Shown piece after piece: positions 1 to 7,834 of a stretch of 10,324 nt of DNA (position 1 is its first letter; each line of letters opens with the position of its first letter). The position numbers and the translations under genes are program-made. Under the pieces are notes generated by a model. It was given only the letters and a program-made list of their open reading frames with translations, ran no database searches and had not been told where the DNA came from. The stretch is from Octopus sinensis (taxonomy: Eukaryota). The DNA is taken from the NCBI RefSeq assembly GCF_006345805.1, contig NW_021827445.1:1-10324 (forward strand), read 5' to 3'.

Positions 1-21
1 ACATACACACACACACACACG

Positions 22-58
<37 letters not shown>
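1..58. repeat. (CA)n microsatellite
   Basis: Near-perfect CA run with a GCACGCAC interruption. Confidence 0.97.
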
Positions 59-61
<3 letters not shown>

Positions 62-62
<1 letters not shown>

Positions 63-228
63 GCGCAGGAATGGCTGTGCGCTAAGAAGTTTGCTTCCCA
101 ACCATATGGTTCCGGGTTTAGTCCCACTGCATGACACCTTGAGCAAGTGTCTTCTACTATACCCTTGGTTTGACCAAAGTCTTATGAATAGATTTGATGG
201 ACAGAAACTGAAAGAAGCGAGTCATATA
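62..228 (+). mobile_element. tRNA-derived SINE copy 1, 5' half (Pol III head and body)
   Basis: A-box-like TGGCTGTGCGCTAAG (72-86) and B-box-like GGTTTAGTCCC (115-125). The body CACCTTGAGCAAGTGTCTTCTACTATA...GACCAAAG aligns by eye with 2793-2875 (+) and 7975-8134 (-). It stops at GTCATATA, where the central microsatellite should start. Confidence 0.85.
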
Positions 229-237
229 ATCTACCTA

Positions 238-961
238 GTATTATGAACTAGTAATTGGCTCTTCTTTTGCAACTCAACTTGATTTCGAGCCGGGTTGCCT
301 GCTGCTGGAGAGGACCGACCAGGTAAAGGACCTGGGTATCTTGGTGGATTCTTCCTTTTCGCCTTCAGCCCAGTGCGTCCATGCTGCCAACAAAGCACGC
401 GGAATTCTGTTCTTGATTCGACGGTCATTCGGAATGCTCACAGCAGCCATATTCCTACCACTCTATGTCACGCTGGTGAGACCCATATTGGAGTACGGAA
501 TTCAAGCCTCTTCTCCTTATCTCCCCAAAGACATGCATCATCTCGAAAGAGTCCAGAAGCTGGCTACCCGCATGGTTCTCGGTCTCAAGCATTTGTCTTA
601 TGAAGAAAGGCTGAAGACGCTCGACCTTTATTCTCTAGAAAAACGACGATGCCGTGGTGATCTCATTCTTGCTCACAACATCATAAGCGGAAAGTGTAAC
701 CTCTCGAAGGAGCTGTTCTTCACTCCTGCTCCAGAGCGTCGGCTGCGGGGTGACTCCGAAAAGTTCTATCTGCTTTCTCTGTCCGGATTGCGGATCCGTG
801 GAATAAGCTGCCGGACGAGATAGTGAAGATGCCGACGATCGCTCGGTTCAAAGTCTCCCTTGACCACAAATGGCCCGAACTCTTTGCATGAACACCACCC
901 TGTACATAACTCCATGTCCCCTTACATGGCCTTGCTTTTTGAGCCAAAAATTAACTTAACT
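238..961 (+). mobile_element. 5'-truncated CR1/L2-type (Jockey group) LINE: ORF2 C-terminus, 3' UTR and tail
   Basis: CR1-type post-RT motifs (see pseudogene entry), a short 3' UTR with hairpins, and a TTAACTTAACT tail at 951-961. The 5' boundary (~238-255) is approximate. Confidence 0.9.
239..891 (+). pseudogene. CR1-type ORF2 (reverse transcriptase) C-terminal fragment, frameshifted near 770
   Basis: The reading frame is open upstream of the called ORF: ERTDQVKDLGILVDSS...LYVTLVRPILEY...LERVQKLATRMV...LSYEERLKTLDLYSLEKRRCRGDLI. After a deletion/frameshift it continues from 772 as AFSVRIADPWNKLPDEIVKMPTIARFKVSLDHKWPELFA* (TGA 889-891). KDLG, RPxLEY, ERVQ, YEERL, RGDLI and WNxLP..FK..LD are CR1 hallmarks. 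Confidence 0.92.
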
Positions 962-1470
962 ATATGACCGCTAGCCGCTGTTGAGCGCTCTTTTCGTTTT
1001 CAGCAGTCGCAGAAGCAACACGTATCTGTTCGTCTCCCCGTGGCCATTAGGCACAACTTCACAAGCCAGCCCCATACTCAACTCGTCCTGTCGAAAGACC
1101 CTTGTCCTACGTCCTGGTTTTGTTTTGTTGTTTATTTTTTATTTTTATTTTTACCGTTATTGTTTTTACGTTTTTGTATTCTTATTGGTGTCACGTATTC
1201 TGTATTTTTGTTTGTGTACTTCGTTCGTTTTCCGTCCTCGCGTTGTATACATTCGAAGCTTTCTTCCAGGGGATCTAATGCGCTTGGCTTAGATTTCCCT
1301 TGGCGGGCTGGCCATATCGGAGCAATCTCAAGATTAATCAGCCGAAATTGCTAAGATGATCTGGTTCTTGACTGATGACTGAGGGCTTCGAATGTCCCGT
1401 CCTGTGGTTCTTGTGTCGTCTCTGTGGTGTTTCATGTTCTTGTCCATGTCTGTAATTATTTTTACTGTTT
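962..1470 (+). mobile_element. Unclassified ~500-bp non-coding insert, probably an interspersed repeat, carrying a hammerhead-like domain
   Basis: Lies between the CR1 tail and the resumed SINE microsatellite, starts and ends at TATA, has no credible ORF, and contains a T-rich tract (~1116-1230) and a structured domain (1249-1395). Repeat status is inferred from context. Confidence 0.55.
1249..1395 (+). ncRNA. Candidate non-circularly permuted hammerhead ribozyme inside a closed structured domain
   Basis: Outer stem 1249-1263/1381-1395 (15 bp, 2 GU). Stem III AGCAAU 1321-1326 pairs with AUUGCU 1347-1352. AUC site 1325-1327. Stem I UCAAGA 1328-1333 pairs with UCUUGA 1366-1371. CUGAUGA 1372-1378. 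GAAA 1344-1347. Stem II GGCUG 1306-1310 pairs with CAGCC 1339-1343. Activity untested. Confidence 0.65.
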
Positions 1471-1473
1471 ACC

Positions 1474-1506
1474 TATATATATATATATAGATGTGTGTGT
1501 GTGTGT

Positions 1507-1546
<40 letters not shown>

Positions 1547-1631
1547 TGTGTATATAACCACACATACATTTACGTGGTGTGGTCTTTGTGTATGTGTTTG
1601 TCCCCCACCACCGCTTGATAACTACTAGGCT
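1474..1631 (+). mobile_element. SINE copy 1, resumed 3' part (central TA/TG microsatellite plus body remnant)
   Basis: (TA)n(TG)n at 1474-1555, then GTGTATGTGTTTGTCCCCCACCACCGCTTGATA and TACTAGGCT, which I recognise as downstream segments of this SINE family. A similar post-microsatellite segment occurs in the minus-strand copy near 7835-7860. Confidence 0.6.
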
Positions 1632-1645
1632 CTTCTCTATGGCAT

Positions 1646-2111
1646 AAGCTCAAGAATCAGCGATCAGCACAGAACGTTATGGTTGCTGTTTTTCGGATGA
1701 CAAAGGCGTCAATCTTTTTGATTTCAGGAACGTAGCTGTACCATAAACAGTGAGCTGTACATTGATACATTGAAACCACTTAGAGAAGCTATTAGGACAA
1801 AAAGAGTCTGAAAACGCATCATATTCACCACGACTGTGTGCAACCGCACAAGTCTTTGTTAACAAATCAAACAAACAGCAAACAGGGCAGGTGAAGTGTC
1901 CTGTAACCACCTCACTGCTCGGATTTGGCGCCTGTCCGGTTCAATGAAGGACAGTTTTGGTGGGGCCAATGGTTTTATGACACAGATGAGACGAAACTGT
2001 CAAGAAACGGGCACAGCAGTGTACATAAAAAGATTTTTTCAGACAAGATTCGAGGGATGAATTCAATGATAGCGAAAATGCATCACTTCTAGTGTAGATT
2101 ATGGTGAGTAG
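1646..2111 (+). pseudogene. Highly decayed mariner transposase, C-terminal half
   Basis: Across frameshifts: KLKNQRSAQNVMVAVF (cf. SAGKVMxTVFWD), TINSELYIDTLKPLREAI, IF..HDCVQPH (cf. HDNARPH), PPHCSDLAP at 1907-1933 (cf. PPYSPDLAP), and KCITSSVDYGE* (TAG 2109-2111; cf. KCIxxxGDYVE). No clear TIRs. Confidence 0.85.
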
Positions 2112-2792
2112 TACCTTTGTTTAGAGGAAAAGTTGCAATAACAACATATGCAATTTGAATGAAAAAATGGCCATTTTTGTATTACTTTCGATCCAGGTAT
2201 TCAGCCCATAAGAGTTCCACGTTTTTTTTTTATTCAGACAGTGTATCTAGGACATTCTACAAATATTTTCTCTTAAGGATGTAAGTGTGATTTGATGGAA
2301 ATTTAGTTATTTCTAGGTGATCGACCTACTACATAGAAAGAGTCTCTTCCCTGCTTGCGTACGCATTGAGTTATTGTTCAAGTTATTCTTCTATCGCTAT
2401 ACTAGTTGTTCTTGTAGTTGTAACATTCATCGAGTTGGATTACAATACTGGAGTTAGGTTTCAGATTGACAGCAAACAAAGACGCAATTGTTTTAGGAGA
2501 AAATAGATATGATATGCAGAGACATTCAAGGCATTAGTAATATAAACCAAGTAAATTTACATCGTTCGGAAATTGAAATTGAGTCAGGGGTCACTATTAG
2601 CGAGATGCTTACATTTTCGCTCTACGGTTGTTGTCGCTTAAACTCTAAGCACAAATAAAAGTCCTCCCGTGTAGAATGGTTATCTCTCATTAATCCTCTG
2701 TTCTGAAATCAATTCATTTATATTCAAGTCTGACGGCTAGTATCTAATCGCCAGACTTGGATTCAAATACTTCAAATGGAATTCGTATATTA

Positions 2793-3106
2793 CAGGCACG
2801 GCTTTGTAGTTAAGAAGTTCGCTTCGCAGTCACGTTGTTTCGAGAGTAGTCCCACTGAGCGACATCTTGGACAATGACTCGTGAATCAATTTGATGGATA
2901 TGGACTGTGCGGAAGTCGGTGTTGGTCTGTTTACACCCCACTTAACATATCGGTTCAGCAAAAGATCCGATTTACAATAAAATAACAGACATTAAATAAA
3001 TCCTGGGACTAATTTAGTCGACTAAAATCCCTTCAACAGAGTGCCCCAGCATGGCCGCAGTTCAATGACTGAAAGAAGTAAAAGAATAAAAGAGAAAAGA
3101 AGAAAA
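2793..3106 (+). mobile_element. tRNA-derived SINE copy 2, diverged, head to tail with internal deletions
   Basis: Head CAGGCACGGCTTTGTAGTTAAGAAGTTCGCTTC...AGTCCCACTG aligns to 66-130. The 3' body GTCGACTAAAATCCC...CCCCAGCATGGCCGCAG...ATGACTGAAA ends in an A-rich (TAAAAGA)n-like tail. The central microsatellite is missing. Confidence 0.8.
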
Positions 3107-3262
3107 CCTTACGTGTTAGTATCAGTGATGTTTCTATCACAAGGAGGGTAATAAGCAGACTTTGATAAGTCAAACAGCTCAGTTTTATCCAGAAAATCGA
3201 AACTTTGTCATTCGCCTGAAGTTTATTTGGGATCGTGGTTAAATACTAACGCTGGAATATGC

Positions 3263-3333
3263 ATGTATGTATGTATGTATGTATGTATGTATGTATGTAT
3301 GTATGTATGTATGTATGTATGTATGTATGTATG
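3263..3333. repeat. (ATGT)n tetranucleotide microsatellite
   Basis: About 17 perfect ATGT units. Confidence 0.97.
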
Positions 3334-3380
3334 CGTGTTTGTGTGTCTGGTTGTCTTTTTCTCTCTCTTTCTGTGTCTGT

Positions 3381-3421
3381 TATATATATATATATATATA
3401 TAATATATATATATATATATA
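3381..3421. repeat. (TA)n microsatellite
   Basis: TA run with one phase break. Confidence 0.96.
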
Positions 3422-3510
3422 GTAAATAAAAAAAGAAGAACAAACACGAAAGAAAAAAAAAAACAACGTGAGGACGTAGCACATGTAAAGTATTAGCAGA
3501 CGCTTAGGGA

Positions 3511-4681
3511 AAGGCAAAGCTCGGCATAAGTCGTTTCGATGTAAGTCGTTCCCGATTATACATAGGTTTTCAAAAATATTATATGAAAGAATACAAATCA
3601 AGTCAAATCATTCTACTCGACTTTACGCCTGTCCGCCGCAGATATTAGAATCGTAAGATCCCTAGAAAACTGTTAAAAGGACATAAAATCATCTTACTGT
3701 ACAATAAATAAGGATAAAAGCATATATAATCATATTAAAATACGTGCAGTAAATGTTAAGATACACACCATAAAGTAGTGTAGCTTAGTGAACGAAATCA
3801 TGAAATCAGCTGTGTTGTCTTATTTAGCAGTCTTTCGGAACTCATATTGCACTCTAGTTCCAATATCTACCATTAGGCGTCGTTGTCACTCGTGATTCCC
3901 GCGATTGCTTTGAATTCAGATTTGTTTACATCTGTTTATCGGCTACTTTCACATTCACATTGATTTGTGACTTTATTTTTGCCCTCATGGCTCCTAAGAA
4001 AATTCGTAGTGAAAGTGCCAAGCGTCATGCTATAATGTTGGAAGATAAATTGGCTGTGATAAAGTGCCATGAGAAAGATGAAAAAGTTGTAACAATTGCA
4101 CGATCTTTTGGGATGAATCAGACAACTCTTTCAACAATTGTACATGATAAGGACAAGATTTTAGCACATATCAAATCAGGAGCCCCAGGAATGATGAACA
4201 CTTTCATCAATAAGAAAAAAAAGGGCAAAATCTTTGAAGAAATGGAAAGTCTTTTTCCGTTTTGGATTGTTAGGTTGAATCGTCAGCATGCTACTATTAC
4301 TCAAGAAATCATTCAAGATTTGTCTTTGTCTGAGGACCTGAAGAAAAAATATCCAGATGAGAAAGATGTAGAGTTCAAGGCAAGTCAAGGATGGTTCATG
4401 AGATTTAAAGAGCGAAGAAGTTATCACTCCGTTATGAAGCAAGGTGAAAGTGCATCAGCTGATGAACAAGCAGCAACGGAATTTCCTAATGCATTAAAGA
4501 AAATCATCGAAGAAAACGGGTTTCTTCCCAACAGATTTTTAAAGTAGACGAAACTGGATTGTATGGGAAAAAATTACCATACCGTTGGAATGGCTATTAG
4601 CGGCTTAGCCTAGAGACAAGTTAATTCGACTTAAGTCACGTCTACTGGAGCCAAGTAACGGCGTAGGGTAAGTTATGCCTG
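3511..4681 (+). mobile_element. Internally deleted pogo/Tigger-type DNA transposon
   Basis: The right end ...GGCGTAGGGTAAGTTATGCCTG|TA (4658-4683) reads CAGGCATAACT.. inward. A degraded left TIR AAGGCAAAGCTCGGCATAAGTCGT (3511-3534) matches it at about 15/24 by eye. Subterminal TAAGTCG/CGACTTA motifs occur at both ends, with a pogo transposase inside. Confidence 0.75.
3987..4547 (+). pseudogene. Tigger/pogo transposase N-terminus (CENP-B-like HTH domains), catalytic domain truncated
   Basis: MAPKK...KLAVIKCHEKDEKVVTIARSFGMNQTTLSTIVHDKDKI (first HTH), EEMESLFPFWI...FKASQGWFMRFKER...GESASAD (Tc5/CENP-B HTH). The shifted frame gives IFKVDETGLYGKKLP (4535-4579; cf. FNxDETGL). The rest of the DDE domain is deleted. 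Confidence 0.92.
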
Positions 4682-4687
4682 TATGTA

Positions 4688-6000
4688 TAGTGGAGCATTC
4701 CATAAATAATATGATTTTTTAAATACTTCTTTTCAAAATTTTTTCAAAATTAAGATAAACAAAGTTCTTTTTTCATCTAGAATATACTCTCCTTCATTTT
4801 ATACAATGCTCTCCCATTTATCTGGTAGAATTACAAGGCCCCTCTTCCAAAATTCACTTGTCCACGACGAAAAATACTGCTCCAGTACTGTTCTGACCTC
4901 GTCTACAGAATTCATATTTTTCCATTCAAATGGTTTTGAAGAATGCAGCATAAATGATAATCAGATGGGGCAATGTCCGACGAATATGATACGTAAGGTA
5001 TAGTTTCTCATTCAAACTGCTCCAGCCTTTGGAATGTCATCCTCGCTGTATGTGGCCGCGCATTATTCTGATGGAAGAACACCTTTCGTCTTGAAACCAA
5101 AGATGGTCGTTTTTCTTCTAGCGCTAACTCAAGCCGCTCAAGCTGTGGCAGTAGATTTCCTTTGTTATCGTTTGGCTTGGGTTTACAAGTTCAAAGTGAA
5201 CTAAACCTTTCCTATCTCACGTGAGTGAAGACCTTCTTTAGCCTGGGGTGCCGGTGTTTCTCCTATCCTTACCCACTATGTTCGGCGCTCAATATTTTTA
5301 TAGAAAACCCATTTCTCGTCACCGGTCACTATTAGGTCCAAAATGGTTTATACGTGACATGTAACAGCAAAGAAGAGTACACATTCACTCTTTGAGCACG
5401 ATTAGACTCGGAAAGTTTGTGAGGACCTGATTGACTCAATTTGCTGACTTTCCCGATGGCACGCAGGTGTCGATGAATGGTTGAATGACCAAATCCAAGC
5501 TTCTCTGCTCGTTCCTCAACAGTTACGATGGGATTTTGTTCCACAAGGATTTGCAGGACATCCTCGTCGAGCTCTACAGATCTTTCAGGATGAAGCTCGT
5601 CTTCTAGGCTGTAGTTTCTCGTTCGGAATTTCTGGAACCACCGTTGACATTGGCTTACGCTTAATGTCCGATCCCAATATATTGCATTAATATTCCTCGC
5701 ACTTCCTGTTGTGTTGTCGCCTTTATTGAACTCATAAAACAAAATATGCTGAATATGCTCCTTTGTCACTTCCATTATAGCTTTATAAAAAATAACTGTT
5801 GAAATCAAACTGCTCTCTTCAAAACTTGTACTAAGAATAAGATGATGTTTAATTTTCCACAAGGAGACAACACAATCTGATTTGGGGTCAGATGAACGAA
5901 TGGTTATAAACATAAATATGAAATTAAAAATTTCAATATTTGAAAATATAAAGAAATCGAATGATAGGACAGACTGGAAGACATTACGGATGGAATGGTG
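4688..6000 (-). mobile_element. Near full-length mariner element (~1.3 kb), decayed
   Basis: TIR-like CATTCCATAAATAATATG (4696-4713) matches GACATTACGGATGGAATG (5980-5997) at about 13/18 after reverse complementing. The size is typical of mariner and a full transposase relic lies inside. Outer ends are approximate. Confidence 0.8.
4770..5775 (-). pseudogene. Mariner DD34D transposase (Mos1/SETMAR-like), inactivated
   Basis: ATG at 5775: MEVTKEHIQHILFYEFNKG...QRWFQKFR (HTH), then IVTGDEKWVFY (frameshift near 5335), FHQNNARPH (second D mutated to N), YSSDIAPSDYHL, FWKRGL...NEGEYI. There are 34 residues between catalytic positions 2 and 3, plus several stops, frameshifts and a deletion. Confidence 0.93.
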
Positions 6001-6021
6001 GTGGTGGTGTGGGGGGGGGGG
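5996..6021. repeat. (GGT)n plus poly-G tract
   Basis: TGGTGGTGGTGGTGTGGGGGGGGGGG at the mariner/L1 junction. Confidence 0.9.
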
Positions 6022-6054
6022 ATTTAATTCGGACCCCACAAGCCCTGCCTCGCC

Positions 6055-7555
6055 ACTGACTTTTCGCGATTAACCTTTGCTCCTGCCACCGTCTCGTAAA
6101 CCTTAATGGCCTTGCCTACCCTCTGTAGGTGATCCATTTCGATGATGGTGATATCATGCGCGTTAGCTGAAACCGACTTTTCACAACCTGGCTGCCGCTC
6201 AATTTTCGCAGCAATGGCTCAAGAGCCATTACATACTAAAGCGGGGAGAGCGGACACCCTTGACGAACCGAGCGTTTGATGTTGAACGGCTTCGACAAGA
6301 GGCCGTTCACTCGAACTACCGAGTCGACGTTGTCATAAATCTGAATGATCCACCTGAAGAAGCCAAGACCCAGGCCGAACTGCGCCAGAACGGACACCTT
6401 TGATTGGTCTAAATGGACCAGTGCCCCACCCTTGCCACCCATTGCCACAAAGTATACAACCCTCTAAATGCACCGTATAAAATGGAGATTATCCCGGATG
6501 CTTCTGCCGGGAATTGCATGTCTGTGCCTCTCCGATCTCTTTCTATTCTCCCCCCCCCCCACTGAAAAGCTGGGCGAAGTGCTCCTGAAAGGCCTCTCAC
6601 ATCTCGGGTTCGTCTATCAACTTACCTTGTTGGTTCGTCAAAGATCGTATTGTGGCATCATTAGCACGTTGGGTTTCCACAACTCGTGCCCATCCTGCGG
6701 TCTTGATTCCCTCACAACCCATTGCACGAAGCCTAGCCCTGACAATGCAACCCATGTATTTGGCTTCAAGTTGCTGGTTTAACGCCAGTCTCTTGGCCTT
6801 CACTTGAGCCGCAGAGCCAATTTTCATTGCTTCCTCTAAGTCCTTAACTAAAGCTGATTCCTTCCTAGCCTCACTAGCAACTAAACCTATGCTATATCTA
6901 ATAGACTCAAATTTAATGGCTCGCTTGAAAGCGTACCACCATTTATTATTAATAATGAATCCGGTTAATGCCCTCTGTACTCCTTAATCCCCAAAAGGAA
7001 CGTATTAAGTTTCCAGTAGCCGGGAACTCTATTATATAGCTTATCTATGTCAGGCTTACAGATGACCATTTTATGATCACTATAGCTGACGGGGTGAACT
7101 GTGGACACCTAGCTATATTTCTATCTGCTTTTCTAATTAAGACTTTATCTAAATATGACCTGGAAGATCTGTCGCTGCTTGACCATGCCCACAATGGAGC
7201 GTTCGAAAATTCCAGCCTTTATGGATCTGCCAGCTCAAAGTGGCTTAGCAGTTCTTGGAAGCAAGGATTACCTTTTCTATCTGTACACAAGCCAACATAA
7301 TCTACGCGTTCGTCGCAGATTGTGTTATAGTCTCCTAGCACAACTAAAGAATGTGATGTACAAAGAAACGTCTTCAGGTTCCGAAAATACTCGCTTTACC
7401 CAGTTGTCGTGGGTGCATAAATTGCAACCAGTCTGATAATCTTACCGTGGCTGAACGTCAAGTCCATGACGACCAGCCTACCTTCTGGATCTGAAAAAAT
7501 TAACTTTTTCTCAGAAACCAGGTTATTTTAAATAGGACAAACACCCCGCTTCCGC
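6055..7555 (-). mobile_element. L1/Tx1-clade LINE ORF2 relic (AP endonuclease to mid-RT) with internal deletions
   Basis: Endonuclease motifs: DPEGR (from 7491), IYAP, LGDYN (GDYN 7324-7335), SYLDKVL, SDH (7073-7081). Then PGYWKLN (7004-7024). RT motifs: IPGRSIRDNL, LDQSK, VRQGCPLSPL (QGCPLSP 6242-6262), YADD decayed to NAHD (6153-6164), GAKVNREKS. Many stops and frameshifts. Confidence 0.92.
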
Positions 7556-7834
7556 TTTAAAAAAAACGAAAAAAAAACCATCAATTCAATAACACCGTTT
7601 ACAAACTCTATGCTTGAAATGACCAATTATAAATACAATTGAAACTTACTCACAAGGTACAGGAATCTTATATGTTTACCATTCTGCCTAAATAATGGAA
7701 CTGCGGATACAATATCTCTGCATAACTCATGTCTATTTTCATTCCTCCACTTCACTCTATTTCATATCTTATCTAGACCGCGTGTGTATCGTTGGCGATT
7801 TTCTTTCTCCGTCTTCCTTTCTTTGGACTTTTTC

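Noticed and set aside
62-135. tRNA gene (also the head at ~8060-8134)
   Set aside because: A/B boxes are present but no convincing cloverleaf forms, and the sequence continues into a shared SINE body.
981-1354. Hydrophobic ORFs 981..1292 and 1040..1354 as membrane proteins
   Set aside because: The Phe/Val/Leu richness comes from the T-rich tract. Starts are non-ATG and there are no family motifs.
1350-1371. Resemblance of GCTAAGATGATCTGGTTCTTGA to U2 snRNA
   Set aside because: Only short patches match, the branch-point pairing GTAGTA is absent, and the hammerhead stems explain the sequence better.
1372-1420. Canonical type I or III hammerhead starting at CUGAUGA 1372
   Set aside because: No correctly placed GAAA follows (only CGAAU, which is part of the outer stem). 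Only the permuted arrangement using upstream GAAA 1344-1347 fits.
1424-1618. ORF with VCVC repeats; likewise ORFs 3223-3447, 3246-3482, 3380-3601, 7834-8016 and 7846-8043
   Set aside because: These are translations of microsatellites, with no coding evidence.
4459-4466. Another CTGATGA motif
   Set aside because: It lies in the Tigger coding sequence (SADEQ) and has no matching stems around it.
5996-6021. Functional G-quadruplex
   Set aside because: The tract could fold, but it is a simple repeat at a TE junction with no evidence of function.
5776-6039. N-terminal poly-Pro/poly-His extension of the 235-aa ORF 5332..6039
   Set aside because: It is read-through of the GGT/poly-G tract, TIR and 5' UTR. 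The real transposase start is ATG 5775.
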